The notes: a model not told the origin generated them from the letters alone. 64,000 bases of DNA from an uncultured Nitrospira sp. (GCA_902500785.1 CABVRW010000008.1:19095-83094); one strand, 5' to 3'; positions 1 through 10,013 are shown, counted from the stretch's first letter. A program made the numbers and translations.

Positions 1-906
1 AACGTCGTGGCCGCCTGCCGTCTGATTCGGGAATCCAAGGCCGATATTTTTCACTCCCAGGATCCGACCGTGCTGACCTATTTGGCGCAGCGCATCCATC
101 CCCGCCGCGCCCACCTGGTCACCAGCCGCGACCCGCGAGAGTTGAGCGACTGGTGGATCGAATTTCTCTATGCGACCCCGATGCGCCGTCTTCTGACGCC
201 TCTCAATTACCTTACAGAGTCCGGGCTGCTGGTGAGACAGGCCGTCCGACGGGCCGACGCGGTGTTCTGCCCCGCACATTTCCTGAAAGAGAAGGTCAAA
301 CGCTTGTACGGACTGTCCGTGTTGCCCACGTTGTTGCCCAACCTGATCGACGTGCCCGCGACCGTGCCGCAGAAAAGTGCACGTCCGACGATCACCTTTG
401 TGGCTCGATGGGACAAGCGCAAACGGCCCGGGTTGTTTCTGGAGTTGGCCGCACAGTTTCCGGACTATCAATTTGTGGCCGTGGGACAGGGCAGTGCCTC
501 GGCGGAATCCGGCTTCGATGCCCAGTTGCGTCGGCGGTTTCGTGATGTGCCGAATTTGGACATGCCCGGACTGATTAATCGCTTTCGGGAGCCGGAGCGG
601 ATGCACCGGATCTTGTCGGACACCTGGGTTTTCGTCAGCACGGCGGTGCGCGAAGGGCTACCGTTGACCTTTCTGGAGGCAGCGGCTTACGGATGTCCTA
701 TTATCAGTCGGGTGGATCCGGACCAGTTCGCTTCTCGGTTCGGGAAGCAGGTTCAAGATGATGACTATGCGTCGGCGATCCGCAGTCTGCTCGCCGAGGG
801 ACCGTTGGAGAAAGGTCGTGCGGCGTATACCTATGTGCGGGAGACGTACGAAACCTCAAAGGCTCTGGCAGCCCATCAAGCACAGTACGAGCGGTTTGCG
901 ACCTGA
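1..906 (+). CDS. GT4-family (GT-B) glycosyltransferase, 5' end outside window
   Basis: Frame open from base 1; motifs TFVARWDKRKRP and FVSTAVREGLPLTFLEAAAYGCPII (E-x7-E GT4 signature). Confidence 0.85.
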   Translation, partial: NVVAACRLIRESKADIFHSQDPTVLTYLAQRIHPRRAHLVTSRDPRELSDWWIEFLYATPMRRLLTPLNYLTESGLLVRQAVRRADAVFCPAHFLKEKVKRLYGLSVLPTLLPNLIDVPATVPQKSARPTITFVARWDKRKRPGLFLELAAQFPDYQFVAVGQGSASAESGFDAQLRRRFRDVPNLDMPGLINRFREPERMHRILSDTWVFVSTAVREGLPLTFLEAAAYGCPIISRVDPDQFASRFGKQVQDDDYASAIRSLLAEGPLEKGRAAYTYVRETYETSKALAAHQAQYERFAT

Positions 907-968
907 GTCGATGTACGCGTCCCTCCAGCGCCGCTGATCGATGGCACGCGGCCGATCCCGGAGATTGC

Positions 969-2510
969 ATGTCGGCGAAAGCGGTTTCTAAAGGGATTGT
1001 CTCTGTCGCCGGTTGGTCGGTCGCGAAGCTGGCGACCTCGGCGGTGGTGCTGCCGGTGTTGGCGCGCCTCCTCGGTATCGAAGGGTATGGGCAATATGCC
1101 TATTACCTCGCAGTACTCCTCCTCGCCTCTCAATTCGCCAACGTCGGCATGATGCAGACCATGACGAAGCATGTTGCGGAACGACCGGACGACCTTGCCT
1201 GGTGCCGAGCGGTGGCGCGAGCGGGTGCCCTCATCAATGGGCTGGGCGTGGCGATTGTCGGTGCTCTGGTAGGACTGCTCCTGTTCAGCACCGCACCGCA
1301 AGGAACGCCTGCGTTATTCATGGCTGCCGTTGTCGTAGGCGTCTTGGTGTTCGACCAGGTGTGGTTTTACGCCCGGGGAGTCCTGTACGGCTTGCGGCAT
1401 GAGCAACGCGTGACGATTCCGGCCATGATCGGTGTCGGGGCGGCGGGGGCGCTTGGTGTGGCACTGGCCATCGCTAACCTGGGGGTGCCGGGCGTCCTGA
1501 CGGGGCTGCTTGTAGCGGACTTTTTCGTGGCGATCGTCTGTCTCCGGTCGGTCCTGCGGACGTTGCGGGGAACCGAGCGTGATCGACTCGTGCCCGCAGT
1601 GCCGTTACCGACACGGCAGTTATTGCGATTCGGATGGTCTGCGATGCTGTTCTCGGTGTTGAACATGGCCCTCTGTTCGCTCGATGTCATCCTGGTGCGC
1701 CACCTGGCCGGAGGTGCCCAAGCCGGCCTCTATGCCGCCGCCGTGCAATGGTCCCAGTTCGTCTGGTTTATCCCGATTGCGGTGGAGGGTGTCATGCTGC
1801 AATCGACGGCTCGTTTGTGGGCCGAACAGCGAGTGGGGGAGGTGAGCGCATTGGTGAGCCGGCTTCTGCGGTATGTGATGCTGGGCACCGCGTTCCTGCT
1901 TCTGATCGTGTTCGTCCTTGGCGATCAGCTTGTCGCGCTGTACTTTGGCCCACAATTCGCCCCCGCCGTCATAGGATTGCGACTGTTGGTGCCCGGCGCC
2001 TTGGCCTATGCGATGGCGCGTGTGTTGTGGCCCGTGATCCAAGCGGGCGGCGAGGGAGGTCATTTGGTCCGGGTCATGATCGCGACGGTGCTGGTGGATG
2101 TGGGAATGTGCTGGGCCTTGGTTCCGCATTGGGGCGCCGCGGGGGCCGCGTTAGCCACGTCCCTGTCGTTCGGACTGGTGGCGGGCGGCTATGCGTGGGT
2201 CTTACGCCGGCGGCAGGTCCGCATCTTCGAGGGATTGGCGGTCTCCCGATCGATGGGGCTGCTTCTTGGAACCGGCGCCGCGATCGCCGGCGGAGCGGCA
2301 TTGGTTGCGACGCCGATTCTGTCGGTCCTGGTAGGGTGCGCCATCGGGGCGGTGGTGTATTGGAGCGGAGTGTTTTGGTTGGGACTCCTGCGGGTGGAGG
2401 AAGTCGAGCAATTGATGCAGAGTTTGCCGGGCGCCTTCCGGCAGGTGGGTGTCAAAACCTTCCGTTGCCTGGCGCCGGTCCTGATGAGACTCAAACCGAA
2501 CGGCACATGA
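969..2510 (+). CDS. Wzx-like oligosaccharide flippase (MOP/PST family)
   Basis: 513 aa, many hydrophobic helices, RLLGIEGYGQY near N-terminus and AGLYAAA mid-protein; lies between glycosyltransferases. Confidence 0.85.
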   Translation: MSAKAVSKGIVSVAGWSVAKLATSAVVLPVLARLLGIEGYGQYAYYLAVLLLASQFANVGMMQTMTKHVAERPDDLAWCRAVARAGALINGLGVAIVGALVGLLLFSTAPQGTPALFMAAVVVGVLVFDQVWFYARGVLYGLRHEQRVTIPAMIGVGAAGALGVALAIANLGVPGVLTGLLVADFFVAIVCLRSVLRTLRGTERDRLVPAVPLPTRQLLRFGWSAMLFSVLNMALCSLDVILVRHLAGGAQAGLYAAAVQWSQFVWFIPIAVEGVMLQSTARLWAEQRVGEVSALVSRLLRYVMLGTAFLLLIVFVLGDQLVALYFGPQFAPAVIGLRLLVPGALAYAMARVLWPVIQAGGEGGHLVRVMIATVLVDVGMCWALVPHWGAAGAALATSLSFGLVAGGYAWVLRRRQVRIFEGLAVSRSMGLLLGTGAAIAGGAALVATPILSVLVGCAIGAVVYWSGVFWLGLLRVEEVEQLMQSLPGAFRQVGVKTFRCLAPVLMRLKPNGT

Positions 2511-2578
2511 GTGGAGCGCAGCGTATCGATCCGCAATCGAGTGTTTCCGCATCCTGATTAGGGGACGACTGTCGTTGC

Positions 2579-3472
2579 ATGGCTCGTGATCAACATACCG
2601 TCTCGGTGGTCATTCCCACCGTAGGGCGCGAGACCTTGGCCCTGTGCCAAGCGGCCTTGGCTAAGCAGACTCGACCGCCGGACGAGGTCGTGGTCGTGAT
2701 CGATCAAGCCCGACGCGGGGCGGCGTGGGCCAGAAACGAAGGAATCGGGCGCGCCAAAGGCGACGTGATCGCGTTTGCCGACGATGACGGGATTCCGCCT
2801 CCGGATTGGCTGGAGCGCTTAGTCGCGGCGCTCGATCGGTACGATGCCACCGCTGCAGGAGGGACCTTTCGAGAAACCGATCCCCTGTTGGATGCCATCC
2901 GTCGTCGGAATCCGCTCCCGATGACGGAGCAGCTCGACCCGGGAGGTTTGGTCGGGAACAGCGGCAATATTCTGTTCAGGCGAGCATGTTTGGATGTGTG
3001 TGAGCAAGAGGATGGCTATGTGTTCAATCCATTTTTTAATGGTCCAGGCGAGGATTGGGAACTGATCTGGCGATTGCGGAAACGGGGCGCGACGATGGTG
3101 TATGTGCCCAATCCGGTCACGCATCTGCGCCGGGCGACAGGGAGGCAACATCTCCGTCATTCGTTCCAACGCGGCGTCGGAATTGCTAAGATGTTTCGCC
3201 TGCTGCGCACCGATACGAGCGGCATCGTGCCGCAGGACAGTCTCCTGTGGGGCCAGGGTGGAAGAAAGGCCGATCCGCGCTGGGTCAAAGCCTTGTGGGA
3301 GAAGTCCATTGGGCCCTTTGAGTGGAGGCGTTTTCGAGAAAAACGACATTTTTGGCTGTTTTGGCTGGGCGAGAAAGCTCAAGTTGCCGGGTTTGCCTGG
3401 GAGCTGGTGAGGGGCAGGCTGAGCTCCGGCGGCACCCATCCCTGGACCGTTCAGAAACAGCCCGACATCTGA
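2579..3472 (+). CDS. GT2-family glycosyltransferase
   Basis: SVVIPT, ARNEGI, IAFADDD (DxD), GEDWEL motifs. Confidence 0.85.
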   Translation: MARDQHTVSVVIPTVGRETLALCQAALAKQTRPPDEVVVVIDQARRGAAWARNEGIGRAKGDVIAFADDDGIPPPDWLERLVAALDRYDATAAGGTFRETDPLLDAIRRRNPLPMTEQLDPGGLVGNSGNILFRRACLDVCEQEDGYVFNPFFNGPGEDWELIWRLRKRGATMVYVPNPVTHLRRATGRQHLRHSFQRGVGIAKMFRLLRTDTSGIVPQDSLLWGQGGRKADPRWVKALWEKSIGPFEWRRFREKRHFWLFWLGEKAQVAGFAWELVRGRLSSGGTHPWTVQKQPDI

Positions 3473-3488
3473 TAAGGACGTGCGAATC

Positions 3489-4829
3489 ATGAGTCAGCTG
3501 CAGTTGCGCACGAAGGCATGGTTTGGAGATGAGGTCCTGTCGATCGACCTCCCCGCTTCCTGGAAGGTCGTCGAAGTCGGTCCACAGGACAAGCCTGCCC
3601 TTACCATAGATGCGATGCGAGCGGTCTTGAACCGACCGATCGGCACTCCGCGCCTTTCCGAGATCGCACGAGGTAAGAGCAGGGCCGTTATTCTGGTGGA
3701 CGACCTCACCAGACCGACTCCAGCCGCCGATCTGCTCCCGTTGCTCATTGAAGAGCTGACGCGTGGTGGCCTCCCCGAACAGGCCATCACCGTCATGCTC
3801 GCAGGAGGTACGCATCCGCCGGCGTCCGCCGAGGATAGGGCTAAGAAAGTCGGGTCAAGTCTCTCGTCGGCGATCAAGATCCTGGCACATGATAGTCGGG
3901 GAGACCTGGTGGATCTGGGAATGTCGCCCGGAGGCCTGCCGCTCAAGGTCAACCGCACCGTGTTGGAATGCGACCTCAAGATCGGAATAGGATGCATCTA
4001 TCCCCACCCGATAGCCGGATTTTCCGGCGGTGCAAAGATCATTCTCCCGGCGGTCTGCGGCGTCGAGACGACCAGAATGATGCATGATTATCTGCGCGGA
4101 TCTCGTGAGCGCGGCGGCTCTATCGATACGGAATTGCGGCGGGATATGGTGGCCGTCGCGCGAAAAGTCGGACTCGACTTTATTACGAATGTGATCTTGA
4201 ACCATCGACGAGAGATCAGCGGACTGTTTGCGGGCGATATGGTGTTGGCGCATGAGGAAGGCGTCCGTTCGGCACAGCGGATGTACGGGATTTCTGTGCC
4301 GCCTGAAGCCGATGTAGTGGTGGCGGATATGTACCCCTTCGATACCAGTTGGCAATTCGCCCAAGATCGAGGGATGTGGCCGATCGAGGGCGCGAGGCCG
4401 GGGGCATCCCGGGTGGTCATTGCCGCTTGTCCTCTCGGCATGGGCAGCCATGAACTCTTTCCGGTCGCCAGTCCGCTCTGGTCGCGTATGGCCAGGCGCA
4501 TCACGCACTTTCGACTGGCCGACCTGGATCGCCCCTTTGAGAAACTCCGGACGGTGGCCAAGCTGCTCCGACAGAAACAGCAGCAGATGATGGTCCTATC
4601 ACCGGGCTTGAATCAACATGATCTACAATCAATGTTTCCCCATGCCCAATGGTACGGAGATTGGGCGACCCTTCTGGCTGAGCTGCGCGCGCGTCATGGC
4701 GACGGCCCGGTGACCGTGGCCCTGTATCGCTGTGCTCCTTTTCTCATTCCGGGAGCGACGGAGCAGACGCAAGAAGTCGGGGCGCCCGCAGACGCGCCGC
4801 AGCGACTCACCGCATCGACAGCATCGTGA
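3489..4829 (+). CDS. LarA-family (lactate racemase / DUF2088) nickel-pincer-type 2-hydroxy-acid racemase or epimerase
   Basis: LarA motifs LNRPIG, VDDLTRPTP, AGGTH, HPIAGFSGGAKIILP, NVILN; alternative start GTG 3480. Confidence 0.8.
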   Translation: MSQLQLRTKAWFGDEVLSIDLPASWKVVEVGPQDKPALTIDAMRAVLNRPIGTPRLSEIARGKSRAVILVDDLTRPTPAADLLPLLIEELTRGGLPEQAITVMLAGGTHPPASAEDRAKKVGSSLSSAIKILAHDSRGDLVDLGMSPGGLPLKVNRTVLECDLKIGIGCIYPHPIAGFSGGAKIILPAVCGVETTRMMHDYLRGSRERGGSIDTELRRDMVAVARKVGLDFITNVILNHRREISGLFAGDMVLAHEEGVRSAQRMYGISVPPEADVVVADMYPFDTSWQFAQDRGMWPIEGARPGASRVVIAACPLGMGSHELFPVASPLWSRMARRITHFRLADLDRPFEKLRTVAKLLRQKQQQMMVLSPGLNQHDLQSMFPHAQWYGDWATLLAELRARHGDGPVTVALYRCAPFLIPGATEQTQEVGAPADAPQRLTASTAS

Positions 4830-4836
4830 GGACCTG

Positions 4837-5709
4837 ATGAATACCGGCATCTGGCTGTTCCTTGAAGTGGTCTTCGATACGGTGATGTTCGCGCCCTATC
4901 TCTTGCGCGGGAACTTTTCGTCACGCCTCAAGGCCGGCATCCTCCTGACCTATGTGCGCCTGAGCATCAAATTATTGCTGATCCATCCGTTCCGGCCGAT
5001 CACGGAGGAGAAGGTATTTGGATTTGCCATCCGGTGTTTCAACTATCGGACCATGCATTTGCTGTTCCGAGTGATTCTGTTGCGCAATGAATACTACTTT
5101 GAGTCCTCCAACCCGCGGCCGGTCATTTTCGATTGCGGCGCCAACATCGGCCTGGCCACGCTCTTCTTTAAGTGGTTGTACCCGCACGCTGAGATCTATG
5201 CGTTTGAGCCGGACAGGGATACGTTTGCTCTGTTGAAGCGCAATGTCGAGGCGAACAATCTGGCGGGAGTGCATCTCTACAATGTGGCCTTATCCGATAG
5301 GGTGGGCACGGCCGAATTTTATATGGATCGCGCGAATCCCGGATCTTTGCGCATGAGTCTGAACTACCAGCGCATGCCGAAAGATACGAGTACGGTCGAG
5401 ACCCTCACCCTCTCTGAGGTGATCGGACGAGAGTTGCCGAACAGGGACATTGATTTTCTCAAGCTCGACGTAGAAGGCGCGGAAGATGCGGTGCTCGGGG
5501 ATCTCGCAACCACAGGCCGGCTGAAGGCGGTTCGCGAAATGCTGATCGAGTTCCATCACAAAATCGGCGGCGAGCGCGCGAAGCTGGGGCCGTTTCTGAC
5601 CGCCCTGGAGACCCACGGCTTTGACTATCAAGTCGATGCCGTGTGCATGCCGCTCTATGCCCCCGGTCGGTTTCAAAATATCATGCTGTATGTCTATCGC
5701 GCCGCGTGA
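4837..5709 (+). CDS. FkbM-family SAM-dependent methyltransferase
   Basis: IFDCGANIG, YAFEPD, IDFLKLDVEGAE, MLIEFH; ATG at 4837 chosen over the longer ORF from 4732. Confidence 0.9.
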   Translation: MNTGIWLFLEVVFDTVMFAPYLLRGNFSSRLKAGILLTYVRLSIKLLLIHPFRPITEEKVFGFAIRCFNYRTMHLLFRVILLRNEYYFESSNPRPVIFDCGANIGLATLFFKWLYPHAEIYAFEPDRDTFALLKRNVEANNLAGVHLYNVALSDRVGTAEFYMDRANPGSLRMSLNYQRMPKDTSTVETLTLSEVIGRELPNRDIDFLKLDVEGAEDAVLGDLATTGRLKAVREMLIEFHHKIGGERAKLGPFLTALETHGFDYQVDAVCMPLYAPGRFQNIMLYVYRAA

Positions 5710-5764
5710 CCCGCTACCGCTCGGTCTTGACCTGGAGCCGGCGGCGACAGGTTCACCCAATCTC

Positions 5765-7321
5765 ATGAGCCGGATTGAGCGCGCCCCCACTACGACAGAC
5801 TTTATCACGGTCGGCCTGCTGTTGTTGGTCGTCATCGGCAGCGGGCTGGTTCACCTCGACAGTTTTCCCCCGCTCTGGTTCGACGAGGGATGGACGGTCT
5901 GTGTCGCGCGGACATGGGTCGAGACGGGGCATCACGGCTGTCTGCTTCGTGGCGAGCCGGCACCGCCCTCACTGGCGGCGCATTTTCCCGTGATCGCGTC
6001 GGTGGCGGCCAGTTTCAAGCTCTTCGGTATCGGCATCTGGCAGGCTCGGGTCGTCGGCTTACTCTACACATTCGGCGCCTTGCTGCTGTTGTATATAGTC
6101 GCGCGTCGCATCTATTCCCGCCCGGTGGCCATCGCCGCTCTCCTGCTCCTGATAGTGGTTCCGCTCAAATGGTCGATTCACCCCTTGTTCATCGGGCGTC
6201 AGGTGTTGGGTGAGATGCCCATGTTGTGTTTTCTCTTGGCCGGATTCGCCTGTGTGTTGCGAAGCGAGAAGCAGCGCGGCTGGCTGGCTGCGGCCATCGT
6301 CTGTTGGAGTCTTGCCTGGTGGACCAAAGGACAACTGGCTCCTTTCTTCGTGGCTTCGCTGACCGGCACGGCGATGTGGGCCGGCCTTCGTGGAGATTGG
6401 TTCACCCTCCGTCGGGTGGCTGTCCTGTTGGGCGGCTCATGGGCGGGGTATCGACTGCTGGTCGCGACGAAGGACCTGTTATTGGCCGGTCACACGATGC
6501 CGCATCCGCCGGTGGATGGCATGACGGAGGTCATCGCGCTGGTCCTCGTGCCGTCGATTCGCCTGGAGACGATCCGGCACATGCTGGCCACCTGGCCGGA
6601 ATATACGATTGGCTTGGGATATGCGGCCTGGGGTCTGTGGAGGCCCGCCTCATCTTCGCGTAGCCGATCGATCGAGCCGGTTGAGCGGACGGTTGGGGTG
6701 ATGCTGTTGATCCTCTCGATCAGCTGGCTGGCATGGTTTGCATTCCTTTGTGCGGGCGAGCCCCGCTATGCCGTGCCGGGGCTCTTTATCGCTGCGCCAT
6801 TTGCCGCGGCCATGTTGTACGAGTTCACCCATGGCTTCAGTGTCACGTTTCTGTGGCGAGCCCTGTCGGCTCTCCTGCGAACCAGGCCCATCACGCGTGA
6901 GGGGATCCAGGCTGCGGTGGTCGTTGCACTGCTCGCCGTCATGGGATGGGTCGCCATACAGGAGCGCTATGCGTTTCGTGCGCGAGAGGATGAGCGAGAC
7001 CTGTTTGCGCTGACCGACTATCTGCGTGCCACCACGCCTTCGACCGCGCTGATCGAAACGTATGACAGCGAGCTGTTTTTGTTTCTAGATCGTCCGTATA
7101 CCTATGCTCCGCCCAAAGTGCTCGTGGATGTGATCGGGCACGAGCAATATCCGGAATGGCCGGTGACCTACGATCCACTGGAAGCGAAGCCGGACGTGCT
7201 CGTCGTCGGGGAGTACGGGCGCTGGGCCGGTTTCTACAAGCCGCTGATCCAGCAGGGTCGCATCCGGCTCGTGGCAACCATCGGGCGGTATCAGGTCTAT
7301 GAACCGGTCGGTTCCGAGTAG
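5765..7321 (+). CDS. ArnT/PMT-like (GT-C) integral-membrane glycosyltransferase
   Basis: PPLWFDEGW loop after first TM helix, many TM segments, soluble C-terminal domain; start uncertain (5690 or 5765). Confidence 0.75.
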   Translation: MSRIERAPTTTDFITVGLLLLVVIGSGLVHLDSFPPLWFDEGWTVCVARTWVETGHHGCLLRGEPAPPSLAAHFPVIASVAASFKLFGIGIWQARVVGLLYTFGALLLLYIVARRIYSRPVAIAALLLLIVVPLKWSIHPLFIGRQVLGEMPMLCFLLAGFACVLRSEKQRGWLAAAIVCWSLAWWTKGQLAPFFVASLTGTAMWAGLRGDWFTLRRVAVLLGGSWAGYRLLVATKDLLLAGHTMPHPPVDGMTEVIALVLVPSIRLETIRHMLATWPEYTIGLGYAAWGLWRPASSSRSRSIEPVERTVGVMLLILSISWLAWFAFLCAGEPRYAVPGLFIAAPFAAAMLYEFTHGFSVTFLWRALSALLRTRPITREGIQAAVVVALLAVMGWVAIQERYAFRAREDERDLFALTDYLRATTPSTALIETYDSELFLFLDRPYTYAPPKVLVDVIGHEQYPEWPVTYDPLEAKPDVLVVGEYGRWAGFYKPLIQQGRIRLVATIGRYQVYEPVGSE

Positions 7322-7354
7322 AGGGAGCGACGCGCGATGCCCTGGGCGATGACC

Positions 7355-8365
7355 TTATCTCTTCGCCGTCGATTTCTGTCGGGCCGTATCGACGAGCCCT
7401 CGAATGGCAGTGATGATGAGCTCCGGTTGATCGAACTGAACAAAATGACTGCTCTGCTCAGCCAAGACTTGTCGACTATTGGATGAGAGTTTCGTCAAAT
7501 CTTGCTGTAGATCCAGCCACATTTTCCTGAACTTGACGGGATTGACTTGGCCGGGCATGTCGGGCCACCAGACGGGCCCGGTCGCGGTGACGACGACCAA
7601 CGGAAGGTCGCCGAGTGAACCACTGTGGCGGACCTGTTCCAATGTTTCCATCAGCGCATACCCTTCATCGGCCAGCGTTGAGACATAGCCGGTCCGTAGC
7701 CAGCCGGCGCGCAGCACCGGTCGGATGGCCTCCGGCACCTTCTCTTCCTGTCGGACCAACAACGGCGGTAGGGTATCGAAAGACGCCAAGAATCGGGGAA
7801 TGCCCAGGATCGTCATCGCGCGGATGACAGGTAGCATCGCATGACCGGCGTTGGCGAAGGCTCTGAATTCGGTCTGGCGCATTTCCAATTCATGTCCCGC
7901 ATCGACTAAAACCAGGCCCACCACCGCATGGGAATGTTCCTGGCGGTAGAGTCGAGCGACGAACCCACCGAGTGAATGGCCCACAAGAATATACGGGTCG
8001 GAGATGCCGGCGCGCGTCAGCAATTGATGGAGTTCTCGTGCCATGCGCTGTCCCGTGCGAGGCAAGGGGCCGCGCTCGCTCCATCCGAGTCCGGCGCGGT
8101 CATAGGCGCAGACCCTGGTCACCTTTGCCACTTCCGGCTGCACCAGACTCCAGTAGAGTGACCAGCCAGGCGCTGCGGCCTCCAGCACGACCGTGGGACT
8201 GCCGTTCCCGACGCAATAGAGATGGAGCCGGTGACCGCCGACATCGACCATCTGGCCGGGAGGCGGATACTCCTTCCGGTCTAAGACCAAGCCGACGATC
8301 TGATAGAGCGCGCCGATCAGCGCGAAGAGAAGGATTGTGCCGAACAACCACTTGAGTATACGCAT
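7355..8365 (-). CDS. alpha/beta hydrolase with N-terminal membrane anchor
   Basis: VDVGGHRLH, CAYDRAGLGWS, nucleophile elbow GHSLGG, SSHFVQFDQP. Confidence 0.9.
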   Translation of the reverse strand: MRILKWLFGTILLFALIGALYQIVGLVLDRKEYPPPGQMVDVGGHRLHLYCVGNGSPTVVLEAAAPGWSLYWSLVQPEVAKVTRVCAYDRAGLGWSERGPLPRTGQRMARELHQLLTRAGISDPYILVGHSLGGFVARLYRQEHSHAVVGLVLVDAGHELEMRQTEFRAFANAGHAMLPVIRAMTILGIPRFLASFDTLPPLLVRQEEKVPEAIRPVLRAGWLRTGYVSTLADEGYALMETLEQVRHSGSLGDLPLVVVTATGPVWWPDMPGQVNPVKFRKMWLDLQQDLTKLSSNSRQVLAEQSSHFVQFDQPELIITAIRGLVDTARQKSTAKR

Positions 8366-8601
8366 GGGAGCTATGATCCAACGTTATGGGTGACGGAAGC
8401 AAACGAGGACCATCAGGTACACCGCCGTGGACCAATCTCTTGGCATTGTCCCAATCGGGAGTTCAGGAAGATTCTGATGCGCCCGCTCAGGCACTGGATG
8501 ATTGCGTGGGGTCAGACCGTCCGGCGGGGAGGGCGTCTATGGCCCCTGTCGGCAGCTGCGGGTGCCAGGTTGACTAAGCCATGGACAGCACATCGCGCGT
8601 T

Positions 8602-8998
8602 TCAGACGGAATAGTGTTCCTGCAGATGATCGCGCTGGAAACGCACGATGTATCTGATCAACAGCTCCCGGTTCTGGTTGGTCATCCTGACGAAGCGGGC
8701 ATGAAGGCGGTACGCATCACCTGGGATAGGGACGGGATCAAGCCGCAACACTTCGAGTGAGGACTTGAAGGGAACTTGGTCAGGAAGGAGGAGTGTGAGG
8801 GTAAGGACTTTGCCGGGCTTGTAGATTGTCGTGACCGTCACGCCGATACCGCCGCCACTGAGGTTGACGGATTTCTCCGAGAGCTCACCCCTCCGTGGTG
8901 TCCGTCTCGAGTTGAATGCAGATGGGCAGAATGGCGGTGATGCGATAAAATTCGCGGCGTTCTCTTCCGGACGACTGTGAGGGCCTGTCGGGTGGCAT
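8602..8998 (-). pseudogene. PilZ-domain (c-di-GMP receptor) gene with +1 frameshift in a G4 run
   Basis: ATG at 8998 reads MPPDRPSQSSGRERREFYRITAILPICIQLETDTTEG-stop (RxxxR motif); shifted frame continues ELSEKSVNLSGGG (NxSxxG motif) to TGA 8602; span 397 nt = 3n+1; run is CCCC at 8888-8891 on + strand. Confidence 0.8.
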
Positions 8999-9103
8999 GG
9001 CGAGAGCAAGTATAACAAAGTCGGCGGATACGAGGATGTCCATATGCGCGTCATCGACCAGATCGACGCGAGGATGGAGGCTGAATCACCCCCGGGTTGA
9101 TGT

Positions 9104-9751
9104 TCAGTTGGACTTCTTCATCGTGCGATGCCAGCGGCGCAGGTTCTTAAGGTCGGGCAACTTCGTTTTACCGTTGAAGAGATAGTTTCCGATCACGCCG
9201 TAGAGATCGTAATCGACGAAAAGCGGACGATCGGACAACAAGAATGGAGACGATGCCAGCATGTTATCGATCGGCATCAATAGCTCAGCGAATTGAGTGA
9301 TGAGGTACTTGCGGTGGTTGGTCCATTCCTGGAGACAACCCTTTCCAAACTTCCGTTCCTTGTGACGGACCAGCATGACGCGTTCGATCAGGGGCCGGGA
9401 GGAGATCACGTAGGTATCGTTGACCTTGAACCCCACCATTTCTAAATCATTCTCGATATAGCGGGACAGAATCAGCTGGAGGCCCTCGCACTCTTTCGGG
9501 AACAGGCCGAGCTTGAAGCGTCGGTTAATGTAGCGCGCAACCTCCTGCCCGAAGTCCGTGACATCACAAACCGCTTGTTTCCCATCGACCACACAGGGCA
9601 CCGTATAACCACGTCCATTCGTGGCTCTGACGATGGACGCCCGCTCGTGATAAGGGATGTTGCACAGACGAAATGGGATGCCATGCCGTTCCAGGATATG
9701 CCGCACAGTGATGGCGAACGGCGACCAGGGAAACTGAATCAGGGTAAGCAT
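9104..9751 (-). CDS. glutathione S-transferase family protein
   Basis: N-terminal FPWSPF, cis-Pro TVPCVVDG, C-terminal FLLSDRPLFVDYDLYG. Confidence 0.85.
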   Translation of the reverse strand: MLTLIQFPWSPFAITVRHILERHGIPFRLCNIPYHERASIVRATNGRGYTVPCVVDGKQAVCDVTDFGQEVARYINRRFKLGLFPKECEGLQLILSRYIENDLEMVGFKVNDTYVISSRPLIERVMLVRHKERKFGKGCLQEWTNHRKYLITQFAELLMPIDNMLASSPFLLSDRPLFVDYDLYGVIGNYLFNGKTKLPDLKNLRRWHRTMKKSN

Positions 9752-9848
9752 GGCAGCTATCTATATGAACGAAGGGTCAAATAACTTCAGGGACGGGGCC
9801 CTCTCCTGCAGCCGAGCCGATGCCCCATAACACAGACTGAATCGGTAA

Positions 9849-10013
9849 TTATGTGTGATTCGAGCCTGATTCGTGAAATTCTCTCAGAATCTCTGCTTTC
9901 TGATAGAGCGTTTCGACGGTGCAAGTTGTGGCGATGGGATTATCTTGCGCGATGAACTGGTGGATGTTGTGCAGCCATCGTTCGGCTTCAGCCGTCCAGA
10001 TCACTTCTGCCAT
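9849..10013 (-). pseudogene. truncated ParE/RelE-family toxin (54 aa)
   Basis: MAEVIWTAEAERWLHNIHQFIAQDNPIA...ILREFHESG resembles the ParE/RelE N-terminal half, then TAA at 9849-9851; below the ORF-track cutoff, translated by hand. Confidence 0.7.

Noticed and set aside
8366-8601. Short ORFs on both strands between the hydrolase and PilZ
   Set aside because: No SD, motif or convincing coding signal
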